Virus record (IMG/VR): IMGVR_UViG_3300036770_005754
Location: 112,559 to 176,558 of that record
Strand: one strand, 5' to 3'
Length of the DNA: 64,000 nt
Source: a virus
Positions 59,373-64,000 of this stretch are shown here, piece by piece (the first letter of the stretch is position 1; every line of letters starts with the position of its first letter). The notes below the pieces were generated by a model, which worked only from the letters and a program-made list of their open reading frames with translations, did no database searches and was not told the origin of the DNA. The translations under genes and the position numbers were made by a program.

Positions 59373-59768
59373 TCATATTCGACGGACCAACATGACCATC
59401 GATATGAATAGACCCCACCATGGTGAATTCAAAAACATCGCTAGTTCCATAAGTCGTAGACCTTCATCTTTAATGCTCCGAAGATCCGTGTCTACTTCTC
59501 CTTGAAATGATGCACCAAAGAACTCTAAAACTGAATAAGAAAAAGTCCGTGTTATCATTTCGTTTAACATTCCTTCCAAGTAACGGAATGAAGACGAGGA
59601 AGCATCACAATGACCATCAATCGCAAGTGAACGAAGCGAATCACGAAGTGCAAATATTTGGTAGTGGATGCGCGTCAAAAATGTTGGTCGTATGACCATC
59701 CAGTAAAACACCCATAATAAACCACCAACAGCTAGGATCGTAAAAAACATAAGTTTCAACTCTAACAT
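59373..59768 (-). CDS. Hypothetical membrane protein
   Basis: N- and C-terminal hydrophobic segments. Confidence 0.65.
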   Translation of the reverse strand: MLELKLMFFTILAVGGLLWVFYWMVIRPTFLTRIHYQIFALRDSLRSLAIDGHCDASSSSFRYLEGMLNEMITRTFSYSVLEFFGASFQGEVDTDLRSIKDEGLRLMELAMFLNSPWWGLFISMVMLVRRI

Positions 59769-59874
59769 TTTTACTTCCTGTATTTGAGTTGATTATGCTC
59801 TGAGTAGTTGGCTATCTTCGAATAATTGTATCTTCCTTGTAAAATACGCTGTCGCAAGTGGTAACGCATGATTT

Positions 59875-59902
59875 TCCAGTAAAAATAAATTATTTTACTG
59901 GA
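59875..59902 (+). promoter_or_regulatory. RBS-sequestering inverted repeat
   Basis: TCCAGTAAAA-ATAAATTA-TTTTACTGGA overlaps the GGAG of ATG 59909. Confidence 0.55.
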
Positions 59903-59908
59903 GATAGC

Positions 59909-60835
59909 ATGAGACCACAATTAATACGGCAAAACATTACTATATTGACACCCAAAACTGTAAAAGTAGTAGTGCAGCCATCGAGCAACAGATCAGTTAG
60001 CTTGCAACATGTAAAACAAGTAAAGCAAGTATGTGTAAAGCCGACGGTAGAAAAGCCAAAACAACTAATACAAAATGCTGCTGTAAGTAACAAAAACATA
60101 CTAAAGAAGAAAGCTACATCTAAAAAGGCAGATGTAAAGTACCTCACGCAGGATATATCATTAGAGTCCTTAAATAAAATAAAAGCAATAAGAAATATTG
60201 GTGTTGGTAAAACACTAGTTATAGTTGGAAATGGCCCGTCAATATTAGAAGCAGAGCTAAACAAATTAAAAAATCAACCAGACATCCATACATTATCAAT
60301 AAATAGACCAGATGAAAGAATCTGGCCAACAACATACTGGTCATTCTTCGATAATTCTCAGATGCGCAGACACGAAAGCATTTGGTCAAGCTACGACGGA
60401 ACGATATTCAATAGTACAGCTATTAAAAAACAGAAACCGAAATCAATGGCCTTTAAAAACATAGGCGGCAAAGGATTCAGCAAAGACGCTTCGAAAGGCA
60501 TCAATATCGGGAGATCTTCAGTATATGCCTCCATGCAGATTGCACTATGGATGAATTATGACAAAATATTCATATTTGGCTGTGATATGAACCCAGAAGG
60601 CTTGGACGGCAAATTACATTTCTACGGCACAAACCCAGACGTAGATCCCAATATCAGAAAAAGTAGATTCAAAGACGAAGCGGAGCATTACATGCATGCG
60701 GCATCGCTATTAACCAGAGAAGAAAAGGAAAAATTCATATTCTGCACAGATTATAACCCATGGGGCTTCATCAAAGAATTCGGGCAAATGAGCCACAAAG
60801 AAGCTGTGAACATAATATTGGAAAACAATCGATGA
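59909..60835 (+). CDS. Maf/DUF115 (sialyltransferase-like) protein with basic N-terminal extension
   Basis: VIVGNGPS, L.INR, S....A.QIA.WM....I...G.D, HFYG. Confidence 0.75.
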   Translation: MRPQLIRQNITILTPKTVKVVVQPSSNRSVSLQHVKQVKQVCVKPTVEKPKQLIQNAAVSNKNILKKKATSKKADVKYLTQDISLESLNKIKAIRNIGVGKTLVIVGNGPSILEAELNKLKNQPDIHTLSINRPDERIWPTTYWSFFDNSQMRRHESIWSSYDGTIFNSTAIKKQKPKSMAFKNIGGKGFSKDASKGINIGRSSVYASMQIALWMNYDKIFIFGCDMNPEGLDGKLHFYGTNPDVDPNIRKSRFKDEAEHYMHAASLLTREEKEKFIFCTDYNPWGFIKEFGQMSHKEAVNIILENNR

Positions 60836-61548
60836 TAACTGTAGAAGATATTACATATTACAGCGACCACGGGTATATCATAAAAGAAAATATAATAGAT
60901 AATTCTACATTGGATTCGGCACTATTGGATACAAAATCAGGCGGCAACCCACTAGACAAATGGAAATATGGTAAAGTTAATGGGATATCTAAACTAGCAT
61001 CGTATGAACCAATAATTAATATTCTAAGAGGTTTATATGGTTTAGAACCTTTTCCATTCCAGACTTTGAACTTCGACAGATCTCCTGGTATCAATATACA
61101 TTCTGATACTATACATTTCCATACCGATCCACCCGGGTTGATGTGCGGTGTATGGGTGGCTCTCGAAGACGTGACGCCAGAAAATGGCCCTCTGGTTTAT
61201 TACCCTGGTTCGCACTTAACGCAGGTTATAACTCTAGAAAGCCTGGGATTAACACCATCTATGGGTCAATGGTTATCGAATCTCGGTGCGTATTCCATGT
61301 TCTTGGCTGAACATAGTGAACATATGCGTTTTGAAACATTGATATGTAAACGAGGAACTGTATTGATTTGGGATGCCAATTTGATGCACAGATCTCTTCA
61401 CCCAAGAGAAGGCACCACCAGAGCTTCTCAAGTAACCCATTATTATTTCTACACAGAAGGTGTTAAGTATTTAGTACCTGCGTACGGCAAGGACTGTATT
61501 AAAAATGAAGTGTTTCGGTTCGCGGATTTTCTCAATTTTTGGATCTAG
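60832..61548 (+). CDS. PhyH-family 2OG-Fe(II) dioxygenase
   Basis: Y...GY.I, HSD, GVWVALED...ENGPL..YPGSH, G.VLIW...L.H. Confidence 0.88.
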   Translation: MITVEDITYYSDHGYIIKENIIDNSTLDSALLDTKSGGNPLDKWKYGKVNGISKLASYEPIINILRGLYGLEPFPFQTLNFDRSPGINIHSDTIHFHTDPPGLMCGVWVALEDVTPENGPLVYYPGSHLTQVITLESLGLTPSMGQWLSNLGAYSMFLAEHSEHMRFETLICKRGTVLIWDANLMHRSLHPREGTTRASQVTHYYFYTEGVKYLVPAYGKDCIKNEVFRFADFLNFWI

Positions 61549-61551
61549 AAA

Positions 61552-61950
61552 ATGCATAAGGTATACGTCGCTTCCAGTTTAAACAATATCGAGCGAGCGA
61601 AAGAAGTAATCGATAATCTATTATCGACGAACAAGATAAGCGTAACATATGATTGGACAAAACATGGTAGAGTCCATAGTGTGGCAGAAATGCAAGAAAT
61701 ATCATTGTTAGAAACAGAAGGCGTAAAAAATTGTGATACTATTTTAGTAGTCCTTCCTGGTGGCGTTGGCACTCATTTCGAGTTTGGTTACGCATATGCT
61801 CTTGGAAAGAATGTAGTGCTGCTTGAAGAAGTCGATGTGAGGAGGTCGTCATTTTATCACTTGCCGGGAATACATAGTGTTAAGACTTTCGGTGAGGCAC
61901 TTGCCATAATCGAGCGTCTTTCTCTTGAGCATATGCCTCCTTCCATCTGA
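61552..61950 (+). CDS. Nucleoside 2-deoxyribosyltransferase / nucleotide N-hydrolase-like protein
   Basis: VYVAS, GV..CD......PGG.GT..E.GYA.ALGK.V. Confidence 0.8.
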   Translation: MHKVYVASSLNNIERAKEVIDNLLSTNKISVTYDWTKHGRVHSVAEMQEISLLETEGVKNCDTILVVLPGGVGTHFEFGYAYALGKNVVLLEEVDVRRSSFYHLPGIHSVKTFGEALAIIERLSLEHMPPSI

Positions 61951-61953
61951 TAT

Positions 61954-62652
61954 ATGCTCTCAAATCCGTTAATTAAGAATGGGTCGACTATGTTAAACAG
62001 GTTAGAAATCGATGTCCTACAAGCTAACGAACTGTATGAAGCTTCACATTTGACTACAAAGTATAAATTACCAGCAATGGTCGTTCATCAAGACTTAGCA
62101 AGCCAGGCCTACATCACCAGAAACCAACTTGGCGGGAAGTTCAAAATAATCACGCCAGTAGACTGGCCAAAAGGCAATACATTTGGAATGGCAAAATTTC
62201 GAGGCTTACCAACAGATGCATTAGAGAATGACGGATTCGAAATCCTACTCACTGGTGGAAAGAACTTAACTGACACCAGAAATGAAGCAAAAGAATTCAC
62301 TAAATTTGTGAAAGGGCATCTTTCAGAGATGCATGAAGTGAGATTTGTGCTTAATACACTATCAAGGGATGACGAAAATATTAGAGCAATGTGCGAAGCC
62401 CTAAAAGATGTGAGGATGCCATCTTTCTTGAGAAATGATATAAATCTCAAGCCACAAATAGGTAAAGCTAATGTAGAAAAGCACAATGCCTTTATCGCGG
62501 AAGTATCTGCCATATTTAAGGCACCATTTAAAATCTCCGGAAACATTAACAATCTGGAATCTATTAACAATTGCCAGAACGCATCAAGATTCGCCGTTAG
62601 CCTAACTCAAGCCAAGAGTATCATTAAAGAATTCAACGAAACAAAGAGATGA
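61954..62652 (+). CDS. Divergent deoxyribose-phosphate aldolase (DeoC)-like TIM barrel
   Basis: KY.LPAMVV, KIITPVDWPKG, K, GFEI, FKISG.I, RF.VS parallel DeoC motifs. Confidence 0.6.
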   Translation: MLSNPLIKNGSTMLNRLEIDVLQANELYEASHLTTKYKLPAMVVHQDLASQAYITRNQLGGKFKIITPVDWPKGNTFGMAKFRGLPTDALENDGFEILLTGGKNLTDTRNEAKEFTKFVKGHLSEMHEVRFVLNTLSRDDENIRAMCEALKDVRMPSFLRNDINLKPQIGKANVEKHNAFIAEVSAIFKAPFKISGNINNLESINNCQNASRFAVSLTQAKSIIKEFNETKR

Positions 62653-62655
62653 CTG

Positions 62656-63039
62656 ATGACTGTCAAAATAACTGGTGCAAGCGTGAAGCGATTGTTAAAG
62701 GCAATCGAAAGCGTGCAGGATTGGGAAGGCACAGAGGTCGGTGCTGCGATCGAAGATATCGAAGCCCAATTATATCAACCAACGGACAGACAGCTTAATC
62801 TGTTAAAACACGCGTTAGCGATGCACAACGTAAACAAAGGAATTTGGGGATGCGACAACAGATTTACTTGTGGTATGTTTCAACCTGAATATGACGACTG
62901 GTCTGAAATGGTTGAGAAAGGACTAGCTACCATAGATTCAGAAGGAACTACGTGGATTACCTTTAGCGCAACAGAAGCCGGTGCTATCGCAGCCGGATTA
63001 CACAAAGCAGGAATCAAACGAGCATTCAAATCTGAATAA
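62656..63039 (+). CDS. Hypothetical protein (winged-helix-like C-terminus)
   Basis: W..MVEKGLA.....F.ATEAG. Confidence 0.7.
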   Translation: MTVKITGASVKRLLKAIESVQDWEGTEVGAAIEDIEAQLYQPTDRQLNLLKHALAMHNVNKGIWGCDNRFTCGMFQPEYDDWSEMVEKGLATIDSEGTTWITFSATEAGAIAAGLHKAGIKRAFKSE

Positions 63040-63052
63040 CCAGGAGCAATTG

Positions 63053-63244
63053 ATGTGGAACAATCGCACGATCACCTATACCTATAACATAGGTGATCCT
63101 GTATTAATGAACATAGAGGAGCACCCATGGTACAAGCGTCCAGCGACCATATGTGACATAGGACATACCACGGTAAGAGTAGACTTTGAAGGCACAAAAA
63201 TTTGGGTACCAAACGACTGGATCACACCGCATGACTTTAACTAG
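63053..63244 (+). CDS. Small hypothetical protein
   Basis: AGGAG RBS before MWNNR. Confidence 0.6.
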   Translation: MWNNRTITYTYNIGDPVLMNIEEHPWYKRPATICDIGHTTVRVDFEGTKIWVPNDWITPHDFN

Positions 63245-63608
63245 ACTATTGGACAGCATAAAGAATGACGCTGACTTGTTGACGCGCGGAGACGCATGGT
63301 TAGAACACGAGAGAGAAGTAGTCTCTTCAGAATTACAATGCAGGGCAGACTATCTTAAAAAAGTCATTGCAGCACAGACGATCAAAAAGATACTGCAGAA
63401 CAAAAATTTAGTGGCAGTACAACACATTTGCAGGAACACTAACAATGAAGCCACCGACGTAGTCATTAAAGTGATGAAACTACCAGATGCCATTAGATCT
63501 ATTGAAGAATCAAATGATATTTTAGATGAGATAAACTCATTGGGACAAATCACAACTTGGAGAGCCGATGGTTACGATATAGCGACATCACGCTCTCTAC
63601 GCAACTAG
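63231..63608 (+). CDS. Hypothetical protein
   Basis: Probable start MTLTRL within ORF 63186..63608. Confidence 0.65.
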   Translation: MTLTRLLDSIKNDADLLTRGDAWLEHEREVVSSELQCRADYLKKVIAAQTIKKILQNKNLVAVQHICRNTNNEATDVVIKVMKLPDAIRSIEESNDILDEINSLGQITTWRADGYDIATSRSLRN

Positions 63609-63660
63609 ACGTATTTTAAGACCTGATCAATCACTTACGGCCAACAATCGGAAGACACAA

Positions 63661-64000
63661 ATGATAAATGGTCATTTTAACGTAGTGACAGATGGACAAT
63701 GGGGAAGCTGCGGCAAAGGCCTAATAGCTACCGCCTTAGCCGACAGATATCGCCCAGAGATGATATCAACTACAAATATGGCTAATGCTGGCCATACAGC
63801 AGTTAACGAGGACGGAAGATCTTTTGTAGCCAAAGCTTTACCGTCATGTTCTATCTTGAAGAGATGGAGAGATGACTACAACCCACACATTTTTCTGGGC
63901 GCATCAAGTGCATTCCACATCGACCAATTGCTAAAAGAGATAGCGGAATGCGGACTTGAATCATCAGGTGATTTAAACCCTGAAAACCGCTTATGGATAC
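63661..64000 (+). CDS. purZ: PurZ-like adenylosuccinate-synthetase homolog, truncated at the window end
   Basis: Not in the ORF track. Hand translation: MINGHFNVVTDGQWGSCGKGLIATALADRYRPEMISTTNMANAGHTAVNEDGRSFVAKALPS...IFLGASSAFHIDQLLKEI; Ser replaces the PurA catalytic Asp (GDEGKG). Confidence 0.75.
   Translation, partial: MINGHFNVVTDGQWGSCGKGLIATALADRYRPEMISTTNMANAGHTAVNEDGRSFVAKALPSCSILKRWRDDYNPHIFLGASSAFHIDQLLKEIAECGLESSGDLNPENRLWI

Noticed and set aside
1-64000. Stop-codon reassignment
   Set aside because: Conserved genes are full length in the standard code, and TAA, TAG and TGA all serve as stops

Overview
This window is a 64-kb segment of a large T4-like myophage genome in the standard genetic code. 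All product calls come from motif recognition by eye; no database search was run. 1-19.5 kb holds virion genes: tail sheath (cut off at the window edge), gp15/gp14/gp13-like proteins, a GC-rich mosaic insert, a LamG protein and three modular paralogous tail fibres. 20-32.5 kb holds an aberrant tRNA-like gene and a large cluster of glycosyltransferases, sulfotransferases and a 2OG-Fe oxygenase. 32.5-52.7 kb holds replication and recombination genes (5'-3' exonuclease, gp32, UvsY, short PolA, GroES, helicase, RecA, Mre11/Rad50, DinG) plus a ~670-nt structured non-coding region. 57-64 kb holds two divergent sigma-like factors and nucleotide-metabolism genes, ending in a truncated PurZ-like gene. 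The best leads are: the large ncRNA candidate; PurZ with NDT-like and DeoC-like neighbours; a possible virion glycosylation/sulfation system whose largest enzyme shares a small domain with a tail-linked protein; the tRNA with an extra arm; RBS-sequestering hairpins built around a candidate late promoter; and local strand-skew switches.
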